A DNA stretch of 64,000 nucleotides from Octopus sinensis (lineage: Eukaryota). Shown in pieces: positions 1 through 13,740 of this stretch. The stretch covers positions 1,178,001 through 1,242,000 of the forward strand of contig NC_043008.1 in the NCBI RefSeq assembly GCF_006345805.1, written 5' to 3'. The notes under the pieces were generated by a model, which saw nothing but the letters and a program-made list of their open reading frames with translations, was not told where the DNA came from and ran no database searches. Numbering within the stretch: position 1 is the first letter of the stretch; every line of letters begins with the position of its first letter. The position numbers and the translations under genes were made by a program.

Positions 1-355
1 TTGGGGAATTTTTATCTGGGATCTGTGCAGGGCCATTCGTTTACGCAAACTATTTTTTGTTGCCGATGTACTGCTCTTGACACCCGGAGCAGGTTAGTGA
101 GTATATTAGGTTCTCCGAAGCACATGTGAAGTTGCTTTTCACTGTAAACCGTTGTCCCTGTTTGAAGGAGAGAAACTCTGATCCCTCAATTAGATAGCCG
201 CATATCCCGCAATTGGGTCTTCCACATTTTTTTACTGTCGGCTTCTGTGTTTTGAAGAGTGAATGCGGGCTTGTGTTAGGAGACTTTTCATGGATTTAGG
301 CTGTCTCTTGCTTTTTATGATCGTGTGTGTTTGGAGGATTGTGTTCATTCTGTGG

Positions 356-357
<2 letters not shown>
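1..357 (-). mobile_element. Penelope-like element fragment, GIY-YIG endonuclease region (frameshifted; runs off window start)
   Basis: Minus-strand translation: DHRMNTILQTHTIIKSKRQPKSMKSLLTQA...KCGRPNCGICGYL...FTCASENLIYSLTCSGCQEQYIG /fs/ NSLRKRMALHRSQIK. This is a Cys cluster followed by an IY...YIG motif and R-x-x-x-H, typical of PLE endonucleases. Confidence 0.9.
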
Positions 358-410
<53 letters not shown>

Positions 411-413
411 TAT

Positions 414-454
<41 letters not shown>

Positions 455-1082
455 ATATTATATATATATATATATATTTAAAATGCATGTTTGTTTTCCT
501 TATCACTCCAATCATAAAAGTGATGAAAGAGGCATGTGTGTACAATATTGGTTGCTACAAAATCAGGCATCGCTTGCCCGCAATTGTTGCAACCGTAAAA
601 AGGGCAGCGTATAACTAAAATAGTACGCATTAAACATTCGTAGAAGTAAAGATTTTAGTAAATATTTCGTAACCAATTGATAAGTATACTGGACATGCAT
701 ACATTGAGGAAAACGATAAATGTTTGCAATGAATGCGCCAGCTACAGATGTGTTTCAAACACTCATCCCGTTTATCTCTGTCTGAATGAAGAAGGCTTCT
801 GTAAAAAGCCCGCGGAATCAAAGTAAATAGTTAGATAAATATACAGACAGGCAGAAATACATATAGATAGATAGATGCATAGGTAAATAGATACATAGAG
901 GTGTAATAGATAGAGAGAGAGAGAAATAAATAAATAGATAGATAGATATATAGATAGATAAATCGGCGAACAAATTCACTCCCAACGTGAAATCACTCTT
1001 TTTACTGAACGTTAAACTAATATATTCCTTGTGCACATCCTCCTGTTATTGTTAATGCTATTGATCTTTTATTTGAATTAGG

Positions 1083-1152
<70 letters not shown>

Positions 1153-1261
1153 ATACATATATATTATATATATATATATATATAGATATATATCATATAC
1201 GTATGCATATGTTCATGTATCTTCCTTTTTAGTTTCACACACACACACACACACTCACAAA

Positions 1262-1292
<31 letters not shown>

Positions 1293-1311
1293 TACTGTAT
1301 ATATATATATA

Positions 1312-1343
<32 letters not shown>
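358..1343. repeat. Compound microsatellite cluster: (TA)n/(CA)n, (TAGA)n, (TATC)n, (CT)n
   Basis: Arrays directly visible at about 358-478, 826-961, 1083-1150 and 1150-1343. Confidence 0.95.
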
Positions 1344-2524
1344 CAAGGTGTGCGTGTTAATAAAGGTAGAATTACAAATCCATTTCAGCCAATCTTACCA
1401 ATTGCTTTCAGAATGTGAATTTCATAAGCGGATATTAGATAACAGCTTGGTTAGTTTCACATGGTCTTTAGAGAAGACCCACCCCATAGTCAAATGTACA
1501 AGTGCGTAGTTTTCTGACATTCATGTGTGTGTGTGTGTGCGTACTTTCGAGTTTGTGTGTAAGAGCGTTTGATTATAGGCGTATATAAAATTTGAAACCT
1601 GATAAATTCAACTCCTGAATCGCACGAAAGTGTGGTTCAGACAGATGCTGGTGTACTGACAGACATATGCAAAAAATATATCACTAAATAACTATTAAGT
1701 CACTTATATTTTCTTTTTATTTAGAGAAAAAGATACAAAAATCCCAGAAGCAATTGTTAGCAATTCTGAAAGAAATTGCAAAATAATTTCAAATAAACAC
1801 GAAAATATTTAACAGAAAATTGGAATTTCATTTCGAAAGTAAACTAATCTTTAGCATCAGGCAACAAGACAGACAGCTACTAACGTGGTTTACTTTGTTA
1901 CACATGACATCATTAGCAAAACATGTTTTGGCAAATATACTTTCACCATTCCATTTAGATTTCAACGAATTTACCAAGATTTCTCTCCCGTAAATTCGTA
2001 CAATTTCAAAAATATTATCTGAATTAAGTATGTCAGTGCACAAATTTAGATAATTGAAATACGTGATGTTGTTACTCGTAAGTGAATAAGGTTCCATGCT
2101 TCATAGTATTCGCAATGGTTTTAACATCGATGTAGTCGCAGGCAAATTAGACATTCATTTCGCACACCTGATCTTGAACAAGCAGATCGTACGTAACATG
2201 ACAGCTGGAGGAAACGGGAACAGGCAGCACAAGAATTTGGCTGGTGCTACTCATTACGTTACAGGAGACTGACACAACGTGCGGTTAATATCGTCTGGCG
2301 TAATGACAACACGCGCTAACCCGTCAAAGAAAAGAGGGTGGAATCCAACATTTTAACCATCAAATCGCCTGCTTTTACGATATAATATACACTGTATTGA
2401 AAAGCTGAAATGTATGCGTTCGGCAAATAAAAGTCTCTGAAAAAATGAGGAGAAAACCTCAGCACATAAAGACTTAATTCAGAAACAACGTATTGTTAAT
2501 ACTGGCGAAAATCTACATACTCGC

Positions 2525-2535
2525 ACGCACACACA

Positions 2536-2595
<60 letters not shown>

Positions 2596-2902
2596 AAACA
2601 CTCACACACACACACTCACACACACTCACACACAAGTATATTAAGTATATGATTTAACTTATGAAACAAACTTCAACAAATTCAATCATTTTTCGTAAAT
2701 ACAGATTAGACGTTAAAACGGGGTGAAATTATTTTTATTCATACACACACACATACACACACACACACACATATATATATATATGTGTGCACACACATGC
2801 AGATGTATATATATATGTATGTATTTGTGTGTGTATGTGAGTGTGTGAGTGTGCGGCGAGTGTTCGTGTATGTGTGTGTGTGTGTGTGGTGTGTGTGTGT
2901 GT
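2525..2902. repeat. (CA)n and (TA)/(TG)n microsatellites
   Basis: Directly visible; (CA)n at 2525-2633, mixed arrays at 2742-2902. Confidence 0.95.
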
Positions 2903-4525
2903 GTCGGTAGGTTTGCATTGTTGCTCGTTTGCCTTTCGAACTGGCATTGGTCTCTTTCGCAATCCACATTGAATCTTTATTCAACATGTTATTTTGTGAT
3001 ACGCGTAACAAGTCTAATTCAGACACGAAAACAGCATTTCTGATGGGAGGGGTGCCAATTACGTCAACCAAAGCACTTAATTATTCGTGATATTTTATCA
3101 AATTCAGTTGGAGAAAACGTAATGGTGACTTAGGTTGTATTTGAACTCAGAATGGCAAAAACACTGAACAACTAACGGAAAGACTTCGCCCCCACAAAGA
3201 CACACAAATGATACTTTTAATCCATCGTTTTATGTGATCTATACAATAACACATGCTTGCCAATGCTTTATGTATGATGCGTATGAAAGGAAAACTAGAA
3301 TCTCTTTTACTGTAGATTGCAGGCCTTCATAGTAGTTACATGAATTTTAACATTCAGATAATAACGCTATAGAATAAATGCAATTCACCCTAAAGAGACC
3401 TAACGGTGGGGGTGTATAACAATGCAAACAAAAGCGAATGAATTAAATAGATTGAAGTTCATTTGAAAACAATGTATTCAAAGCCTTTCTTCTAACCTAC
3501 CTTTTAACATATTTTACACATAATTTCTCTCTTTAATTCTGTTTTCAAATCAAGCAAACAATAAAATTGTTTGTTGAAAACATTTTTGAATATATTGTTG
3601 AATGATGGTTTTAGAATGCTGAAGGCAATCTGCAGTGTAATGGAAATCATTGTGTTACATATCAACACACGCAACTCACATTTACCATTAAAGAGAGACA
3701 AACTATAATAGCAGCGATGCTACTGATACTATTACGAAATAAGACTGATACTGAGAGAGATAATGAAGATAACAACGCAGTATAGGAAAACAGAGGGAAA
3801 AGATAAGGATTATATTGATAATCGTTTCTTGCACTGATACATGCGCAGATATTAGGAAATGAATAATTAAACAAATTAAATTCGAATGAACTTATTTTGT
3901 GGAACTCAGATAAATAAAAGATTAAGTAATATTTCGTAATATTTGAACTCTTATCGTAATAAGTCGCAACTAGCGAAGGAGATGTTAACTTGTACTTAGA
4001 TTGGTGGTGTCTTTGCTGGATTCCCCTTTATGCATTGAATTCTGAAATCATTGCGCAGGCTTCCTTGACAGGACGTTTTGTCCATCTTAACGTTTTCAGT
4101 TCAAATTCCGTCATAGTCGACTTTGCCTTTCACCATTACGGAGATTTGAAACCAATTCGTTTGATGAACTGCACAATATCATCATTGAATTCAATCGTTA
4201 TTTACTTAAAATTCTGCCGTTATACTTAGATAGCGTCCACTTGATAAAGTGTAAGAATTTTGGAATGTAGGATTTAGTTGAAAAGCTTTTGAGGGAATAT
4301 ATTCAGAAAATTTTGGTTAAAGCGACTCTTAGTTAAAAGATAATTGCACCAAAGACCACAGAATAGAACCGAACCAGGTACACAGCATTTGCGATCGGAA
4401 TCTCTAGGCGACACAAACTAACGCACCCAAATCATATATTTATGGATGTGTGCATGTACGTGTAGGTACATGTGAACGTATACACCTCTCTCTCTATCTC
4501 TCTATCTCTCTTATATATGTCTATA

Positions 4526-4580
<55 letters not shown>

Positions 4581-5804
4581 TATATATATTATATATATAT
4601 ATGCTTATATATAAATAATTATATATAAATACATACATATATATATACATATATATTCATATGTGTATAACACAATCTATTTTTACTTGATATTTCGTTG
4701 ATATATTTACGCCTCAAAACATTTGTCTTGTGTGTACTTGAAAGTTTTCGTGTTTGTATTTAATAGAAGCCATCGTCGCCATGGTCATCATCATCATCAT
4801 CATCATTTTTTTTCTTCTCCTTTTTCTGTTTCAACTTTTCTTCTTCATCTTCTTATCATCATCATTGCTCATGTTGTTTTGTCGTTTGTGTTTGTTTTTC
4901 GTTATTGTCGATGCTGGTTAATGCTCTCTGTGATTGGTCACATTTCCTTTCAAAGAGCTCTTCATACAAAATATTTTCTCGTATGATTATCTTATGGAAA
5001 AATTCTCTGTGTTTTATTTTATTTTTTGTTTGTTTGTATTTTTTGCTTCACTAATAAACGGCCATGAAACATTTGGTCGTGTACTTTATTACGTTGGCTT
5101 AGAATAGGAGTGTCTGCATTAAACCTTGTCAATGTACACAGAAATATTTTGTTTTATGAACACCATATTGGTGCGCATTGGCCAAACCTGTTTATCGGAA
5201 AGAAAACTAAACGACAGAACTGAAAAGGCGAATTAACCCCAGCATTTTTTTTTATATATAAACACGTAAACCGATGCTAAATATAAAATATTAAAGATGA
5301 TACTCAATGTAGCTAACGAATACATGTATAAGCACAGCCAGAATTCTTTTATGAAAACCGAAACGCTCTCCCTATTAAGAGGTAATCGATTAAAAGATAC
5401 ATCTCATTTGCTCACGTTGCTAGCATTGCTATGTTTACGAGCGAAGAACAAAGCCAGGATATCAATAATTGCCACACAAATGACAAAATGTGCAAGAGGT
5501 AAGTATCAAATGAAAATGACTTTGTGCTCTATATATGTTTATGCAGGAAAATGCGATAGACGATTGTTAGTGTCGTTTAGCTCAAGGAAACACCGTTGCC
5601 ATCTGTCTATACGGCACAATATCTGTGTCCTTATATTTTAGAACAGGGGTTCCAGCACTCCTTTCCAGCACAAGACAATATATGTGGACCTTTTTCTGGG
5701 TTATTGTCCTTTATCAACTGATCGGTTAGTTGGAGTGGCTGAACTCACCGTTCGAAAATATTGTTTTAAAAAGTGACCCATCATTGTCCCTAAATCCCTC
5801 TAAG

Positions 5805-5841
<37 letters not shown>

Positions 5842-5864
5842 GCACCCAAGCACACACACACGCA

Positions 5865-5904
<40 letters not shown>

Positions 5905-6718
5905 CACACACATATATAGTTATAAATAACAATGGATGCTACCAATGCATTGTTGAATGGGACAACGTATGTGCTGAGCGGCTAATGATATATATAAACA
6001 TATTTTCTTTTTTCTTAAAATAAATAATAATGACAACAATAATAAAAATAAAAATAAAAGATAAACGGTAAGAAATTAACTTCAAATAAAGGCGTATTCA
6101 TGTGTTGAATGGGTCCGGTTATTAGGAGAAAAGCGGTAATTTAAATCCTTGAAAAAAGATATTTACATGATTGATACATAATTGCTTACAGGCAGGCGTA
6201 GGACACATAAAGAGTGGCAAGATTTGAGCTCAGAATTTAAATGTCACAAGTTTTGGATTAGTCCGTCTCTTTAGTAATTCTGCGAATCTATTGGAGAACA
6301 AGAATATAAATAAAAGGCAAATGTTAAAATCTCAAAGAATATATTTACACAGGTTACTTTAGTGATTATTCGAGATACTTTATAACGAATTGATACAATA
6401 TCACTTGAGTTATTAGAGCTAATTAAGGTAATTGAACACGTATATAATCGACATTGTTTTATCTACTCTGTTGTTAAAATGTTTGGTGATTTCAATTAAA
6501 ATGATTTTATTGACTTTACACAACATACAAACAATTATAACAATGGTATTTGTCTGAAACAAGTTTGGAAACTTATGATGCTGGAAATAAAAGCGATCAG
6601 AATAAGACATATATTCTACTGTCACAGTTTCTATTCCGGTATAAAGCAGTGTCCATGCATAGATTCAGTCCAGTGATTGAAAGGAAAAAAAGATTGCATA
6701 CACACACACACACATATA

Positions 6719-6759
<41 letters not shown>

Positions 6760-6879
6760 ACAAAAACCATTTATCGTTCGCTTGTTGTTTCCATCATTAG
6801 ACAGCGGTTATACTGGAGTAATACCGTAAAGACTTTTTGTCAAACGTGGCCTTGTACTTATTCTGTTGGCCTATTCAAA

Positions 6880-7805
6880 GAAGACTTCAAAAGATGCTAA
6901 TAGTGACATCTCTTGAAAACGGAATATATTCGGAATCATTGTTTACAAGTACTTGCAATAAAAGGGTTTAGCCTTCAGGGACATTCATGCTTTCGTGGTT
7001 GATAGATTGGGAATGACGCTCATAGTTTTACAGCAGTGCAAATGCGGGAAGCGGAATTATAGAGGGGAACGTGGAGTGTTGAAGATGACCCAAGGTATGG
7101 GTGTCTTGTAACTGTACCACGGAGGAAATTACTGATCTTGTCCACCACATGCTGATCGGGTGATTGACTATAAATCAAATAGACAATGCTAAAAGCAAAT
7201 CCCGTTAGAAAGTTGAGTATATTTTCAGAAGCCTGATCAAAAGCATATTAGGTTGTGTACACTGCGGAAAAAATCTGATATTATTTTATGCAAATCCAGG
7301 TTATTTCACCTGCAGAGAATGAGATGACTTCCGTTTTTCGAGATGCAAAAGGCATTATGTTTAAAAGGGCCACATATCAATGGAGAGTAATATGCCAACT
7401 TTTCCTGGCAATTACAAAAGGCTAGCAAAACCAAACGTCCAAGAAAAGTGACGAAAAGTGTCTTGTTCTATCACGACAGTGCTCCAACACGAAGATCCTT
7501 AATATCAATAGCTTCTGTGCATAACTGTGATTTGAACGTGTTGATCACCCTCTCTATTCTGATTTAGTACCATCTGAATAACATTTGTCCCCCATGAAAA
7601 AAGCATTTCGCAGGGGAACAAGTATCGCTATGATGGTGACAGTATATCTGCTGTTGGTTAATTTTTCACCTACTGGATCCGAGCACTGCAACACCAATGC
7701 GAGAAATGTGTGAAATCGGGTGACCAATTTGAAAAATGAACCACATCTGGTCACATTCCCGTAGGGTTATTTGGTCAGTCTATGAAATTTTCAGCCGAAC
7801 TTCGT
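6880..7805 (+). mobile_element. Degenerate mariner transposon (right TIR retained)
   Basis: Frameshifted mariner motifs EDDPR, M-T-S-V-F-x-DAKGI, HDSAP (HDNAP) and HP-x-YS-DL-x-PS. The right end tggtcagtctatgaaattttcagccgaacttcgt is the reverse complement of the TIR-like start at 23687. Confidence 0.85.
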
Positions 7806-8406
7806 TCTCTTTTACACAATTTTGCTTCAAGACTAGAGCTACTTTCTATAGCTTGCATTCAAGTAATCAACATTTTTCTTGCTTTTATCGCTGTCATGGC
7901 AATATTGTAATCGCAAATTTAATTTTAAAGAAACGAAAGAAATATTGTTCGTATTTTGCAAGGGAAAAAATAGAATTGCATTCACATTTCTTTATATGAA
8001 GACTTTATATTTTCCTTATAAATGCTGACAATTCGATGCATGTAAGCTTAATTCAAGCTTATGAATATTTAATGTTACAACCATAAACGTTTTTCTTTTT
8101 CATTTATTTTTACGATTCTAAAAGTTTGAAATTGTCTTCCATATTTAGAAAATGTGCATTGGATTACGACACACTTTCTATAAACAAGATTCGGGGTAAT
8201 GTGAATGTAAGTATGTATCTATGAATTATATGTATGTGTGCGTATGTGTGTGTGAGATATATATATAGAGAGAGAGAAAGAGAGAGATAGAGAGGAATTT
8301 GATATAACTAATAAATTTCTTTGTGCATATGTCTCTATATAAACAAATCAGTCCCTCCGATAATTTCTCCATTTAGGTTTCCTCTAAGTACACAGCCACA
8401 CAGATA

Positions 8407-8455
<49 letters not shown>

Positions 8456-8457
8456 TA

Positions 8458-8511
<54 letters not shown>

Positions 8512-8639
8512 ATATATATAATATATATATGTGTGTGTGTGTGTGTGTATGTATACATCAACCATTAACACGCACACACACATGAATACTGGAATGGATA
8601 AAAGAGTTGGTGGATATCGCTTTGCACGTGAAATTTGAC

Positions 8640-9840
8640 AGATTTATATGCGAGAGAAAGAATAAAAGGTGAGTTGAGTTCCTGATGTGGCGTCTAAGGG
8701 TTGTAATGTGATCAATATTACCGGAGCGTGAAACTGCCGTTTAATGAAAGGCGATCAATTAAAGTTAGGTGTTCGGTGTGTTTGGAGATGACGGAAATGG
8801 AGAGCGCGAGTATTGTCGACAAAAGACAATATGTCGAGAATATTGAGGAAGATATCGTAGATAAGGGGGCATGGTGTGGAAGGAGCAAACGAAAGAAATG
8901 AAAAATTTTAGCTCCTCACGGTCGAAATAGATAGTTCCGCTGTAGTCGTTTATGTAATGAATCGGGAAACATTTCGGTGTTGGTGTCGGCAGCGATTAAT
9001 TTGTTGTGATTGGTGTTACTTTCGTGCCCATGGCACACCACTGATTTTTGGAAATCCTTACTCGTGAAAGCGAAACGAAAGTGTGTGAACAATCTAGAAG
9101 GAGTTGGATGGAGTGTAAGGATAAAGAATATCTCCGAAGGCAAAGGCATTTCTGAGGGCCCTTATGTGACTGTTTTGGTGATGACGCTATAGAAATCCTA
9201 ACTTCCACTGCCGTCGTTGGCGGCAAGCAGATGGTTTAGAATAACTGTACAAAGTATTGTTGAAATCAGGGTTAGTGTTCAGGGGTCAAAGAACGATAAA
9301 AGGAACCGTTCCTGAGCACACCATCACACTTATCTGCTGCTTTGATGACGATATCTTCCCAAACCTCGAACGAAGAGGAGGACAAAGACTTCTGTAGGGG
9401 AGATGCTAGTGCATCCTGACGGCTTGAAGAAATCGAAGCGATTTATTGCGTTGTAACCATCATCCATAAAAACCTCTCTATGTTGAACTTGAAAGTATTA
9501 AAGGTGAGAAAAGATGGCAGAAAAATTATGGGTGTGATGGGAAAGTGGAGTGGAGGAAGTGTAGAAGCAGATGATTAAAGATTATGGAAGTGAGGAGTCG
9601 CAGCTGCTGGAGGGTGAAGGATGGGAAATTGAAGGCAGTTTTCGAATTTTGAAAGATAGGGTGAAATTGATAAATAGATGGTTTGTGGATGAAGCAAAAG
9701 ATGTTGTGCGCAAGGAGAGGGGGAAAGCCGAGAGAAAGGAGGAGGAGGAGGAGGAGGAGGAGTTGAGGAATTTAACAGTCAATGGTGTGAATATGGGAAA
9801 ACGTAGAACGGAAGGTGGTATCTCTAAGACAGAAGAGTGA
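8640..9840 (-). mobile_element. Degenerate Penelope-like element reverse transcriptase
   Basis: Minus-strand motifs in the expected order: DIVIKAADK (9355-9329), CAMGTKVTP (9037-9011; cf. GxAMGTxxAP), YINDYSGTIYFDREELKFFISFVCSFH (from 8956; YIDD-box). Many stops and frameshifts. Confidence 0.85.
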
Positions 9841-9937
9841 CATTAGAAGATTGAGAAAGAGTGAAAAAAGGAAATAAACGCGAGTCAATGAGAAGAGATT
9901 GAGAGAGACGTAAAGAGAAATGGGGAGAGAGAAAGAC

Positions 9938-9972
<35 letters not shown>

Positions 9973-10720
9973 AAAGTAGGTAGAAGTAGTAGCTTTAAGT
10001 TACGTCAAAACTTGGTGAGAATATTCCCATTCGTTTGAGTTTGGTTTTCTCATAGAATATTTCATTCTCTTGAATTATACACATTTCCGAAAGAAACTCG
10101 TTTTGACACAGTGCGTTAATGATGATTGAAACAGGTGTTTGCACATTATTTCTCTGTAAAAGGAACAGTATACTTACTTAATTACCAAATTTATTTGTTG
10201 CTGTGATGGATTATCCCATGTAATTTTACCGACAGAATGATTTAACGAACTGTTGAAACTCTGCTATATTAACCACGAAACTTGTACTTAATGTGGTTTA
10301 TGGAATTTAGTTGAAGAAAGCAAATAAAATACAAATAAAATAAGCAAACATAAAGACAAGCAATTACTCAATAACATAAAGAAAATCTGAATCACTGATT
10401 CTTGCTTTCATCTAATATTTATAGATTTAGTAACGTTTAAAGCATACAAAATGTAAATTCGTGTTAGAAATTTTGGTTTCCCAAATACATTTTGCGTCTC
10501 TTTCGGAAACCATTTTTAATATGCTTTCATATAAAGAGTCGTAAATTTTGTTTAAAAGAAAATTAAAGAAAGACCTGAAAATTATACATGTTGACAACAC
10601 TAATAATGATTGTAATAAAAGTAAGATGTTAATTGATATAGTGGCGCTTTAATAAATCAATAATTGATTGCAGTATATGTCTGGTATGTACCTACGCTGC
10701 TATTAATATTTGTTGCTGCG

Positions 10721-11025
10721 AAGGCGGTGTGCTGCCAGAGTCGTCTGTAGGACGGACAAAATGGTTAGCGGCATTTTGTCCGGTCTGGCGTTCTGAGTTC
10801 AAAATTCCGCCGAGGTTGACAGTCATCCACTCGAGGTCGATAGTAACAGTTAAATACAGGGGTCGATGTAGTCGACTTTTTGTTTCTCCCTCAGATCAAA
10901 TTCTGCCGTAGTCGACTTTACCTTTCTTTCAGGCCGATGAAATAAATACTAGCTGCGCGCTGGGCCTGATGTAATTGACTTCCTCCCCTCACGAAATTAC
11001 TGGATTTGTCCAAATTTTGGAATTC
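10721..11025 (+). mobile_element. tRNA-derived SINE (family A) with duplicated core
   Basis: Head aggcggtgtgctgccaga..., gttctgagttcaaaattccgccgaggttgac; the core aaattc(c/t)gccg..gt(t/c)gac occurs twice (about 10800 and 10900). Confidence 0.8.
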
Positions 11026-11984
11026 TTATTTCCAGTTGCGTCAAATAACGGTCCTGAATCTGTCTGACGTACGTTCGAAAGCATTGAAAAAAGGTGCTTT
11101 CTTGAAAAGCAATTCTATATCCTTTATTGAACCATCGAATATGCTCTTCCGTAAGACTGTACCCTGTTGGTTGAGAAGGATTTATCCACTACTTGTATTT
11201 ACTCATACGATTCGGAAATTACATCAAATAGTTTCAAACTAGATGACGATTTGACATCCAAACGTGGTTATATGCGCAGACATACACACACAAACGCACG
11301 CGCGCAGCAAGTAATCCGGCCTGATGTGCTTGAAATCCTACTAACTTGCCGCTGTTGATTAGGAATTTTTATGGTCACCATGATAAGGAAAGGCAAACTC
11401 GATGTCACTGAGTAACAGAAAATATATACGAGGCATTTTAAGTGACGCTCTACTAATTCTAGTAAGGAAGCGCAAAAGAATTTCTACATATTTTAATCGT
11501 TTTTAGTTCCCGCCTACTTGAATAAATTGGTGCAGAATTTTTAGTATAGTGTGTCTCGCCCAGGCTATGACATTCCGGTGTCCTTTGACACTCTCAGCGT
11601 TGTGCAGGGAACTATCGCGCAGCATATCCGGCGTATGAACAAAACACACACACACACACACACTGTTCCTGTATGTGCGATCAGTAATGTTTACCGTAAT
11701 AGACCTGCTTTTGATTCTTGATTTAATTTGCTTTCACGTGTACAACGCCGCGACATATCGGCAAAGAGATTTTACTGTATTTGTATAAAAGTAATGGACC
11801 CGAGATTCCATTCGTCTCGGTTTGATCCGAGTGCTTGGTACTGATATAGGTCACAATAATGAAAGACTATCGGTGTCTACCGCTCTCGACTCATTTCGAA
11901 GCGAATTGTCTCTTCTGATTTGTAACGTTCGGGCTTTCTTTGTGTAGTGAGCTATCCCGGAGCAAATTCAGCGATGAGCTTCTG

Positions 11985-12095
11985 TGGGTTTCCGTGAACA
12001 CAATTCCCTTACACGGTTTTAGCCACCCGGGGGCTATAGTAGAAGATATTTGCCGCAGCTGCCATTTGGTTGGGAAGTAAACTTTTTACCACATG
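11985..12095 (-). mobile_element. tRNA-derived SINE (family B) head/core fragment
   Basis: Reverse complement tgtggtaaaaagtttacttcccaaccaaatgg...ggcaaatatcttctactatagcccccggg matches the copy at 35124-35230. Confidence 0.6.
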
Positions 12096-13064
12096 CAGGA
12101 AAACATATTTTCTAAACTATATCAGCGTCACACACAATCAGGTCGCATTGTATCTCTACCTGATAGACTCTACAAAACACTTCGGCGGTTCGAGCAGGGG
12201 GTCCTCCATAGGCAGAAATCTCCAACAACTAATACATAAACATGCTATTCGTCATTTTTTCAATGAATAAAAATTACATATTGAATATGCTATAAACCCG
12301 TTTTTATTTTCCTTTTATTTGGAAATGTGGTTCAGTGCATTTAATTTCCGATGGTTCAGTAATATGAGAAGTAATTATAAACCTGACTTTAATTGGTACA
12401 TTCGGTAAATATTATCATTCAAATATCATTTCGGTAACTTTTGTGTAAATGTTATAATTCTAAATACGGAATGTAAATATGAATTGCATAATATTTAGTG
12501 GGACAATAAATGGAATATACGCTGCCATTCTCGTCATGTTTTCAATGTTTAAGTTTCAATTTCGGAGAAGGTCTTTGTCTATGAGGAACCAACATTTCCT
12601 GAAACATTGTGTAATCAAGCATAAAGCAGTAAAGGAGTATATTGATAATTATACGGTTCAATCGCGTTATATAAGAGACGCAGAACTATATAGGAATGAC
12701 TATTGTTGATATCAATTCATTGGAAAATGATATCACATAATTCTGAATGCAGACTGAAATTGGTCGCATTATTTTTCGCAGCAGCAAATCGAATGTTCAG
12801 CAAATCGAATTGTCCTCCCCTGATCCATTATATGATCGTGTAATAAGAGTATTTTGTGCCGTTCAGTTTTCGCTTAGTACAACTCTTTACAATCTCCTTT
12901 TACATATAAATTTAAGTGCAAAATATCAAACTAATCTTACTTTAAATTTCTATCATTGACATTTATTAAGGTAGGGAGAGTTTACGAAACCCACAAAAGA
13001 CGAAGGCATATGGTATACAAAACAAACAGATGTATTAGTATAACGCTCAGGAATAGAAAAAAGT

Positions 13065-13100
13065 CTTTTACGTTTCGAGCCTACGCTCTTCTATAGAAAG
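13065..13100 (-). ncRNA. Degenerate minimal type-I hammerhead-ribozyme-like motif (PLE-type terminal repeat)
   Basis: Minus strand CTTT-CTATAGA-A-GAGC(GTAG)GCTC-GAAAC-GTA-AAAG: stem I CTTT/AAAG, stem II GAGC/GCTC, ACGT palindromic stem III. The core CUGANGA is altered to CUAUAGA. Confidence 0.5.
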
Positions 13101-13329
13101 GGAGACAAAGAAAAAAACAGGGAGAGAATTAAGGAGACAAAAAAAGGAGAGATAAAAATGTGTGTAGTGGCTAACGATCTATCATAGCTTTTCTCAAATT
13201 CCTTTTCTCCCCACTGAATCAAGTTATATTTGTGAATATTTTAAACTTACGTAAACTGAACATGATATATATGTGAGCATAAAAACGATGAAAATCGTTC
13301 AAATACTGCTGTACCCGTCTTCTATTAAA

Positions 13330-13740
13330 CGATCAGAAGGCATTTACCCCTGTCTTTCTAAAAGACATTTGAGAATTTTCTTTTACATTTAGCCAGTCGA
13401 TGACCACCCGGATTTTTTCTCATTAGTATATACTATTTTTACTTAGTCCTGATCATCTGTTGAAGTTTAAAGTATTTGCCACGGACACCGCTTATTGTCC
13501 TTGCCGGTACACAAACCATTCACATAGTTGTCTCGTTCATCATAATCTTGGTTGTCTGCAACTTTCCTTTAGAAGATAACAACCAATGTTTCACAATATG
13601 AATAATTTGGAAAACAGCATTTCAAGAATATTCAGCCCGGAGTTGATTCTATTTAAATATTGTTCGACCAGCACAATTGTATTTTCAGTACAAACGGTTG
13701 ACTACTAATCATGTTCAGATAGTTACTGTAATTTTCTTTA
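13330..13740 (-). mobile_element. Highly degenerate Tc1/mariner (maT/DD37D-like) transposase remnant
   Basis: Minus strand DYDER/fs/QLCEWFV...YFKL...EKNP resembles the D-x-x-x-R-x-x-FCEW...F-x-L...ENP segment of this group. Confidence 0.4.

Noticed and set aside
663-826. Cys-rich 54-codon plus frame (VCNECASYRCVSNTHPVYLCLNEEGFCKK)
   Set aside because: Short, no convincing acceptor, no recognisable domain.
1828-2097. 89-aa minus ORF vaguely like a hAT transposase segment
   Set aside because: No diagnostic catalytic motif or TIR found.
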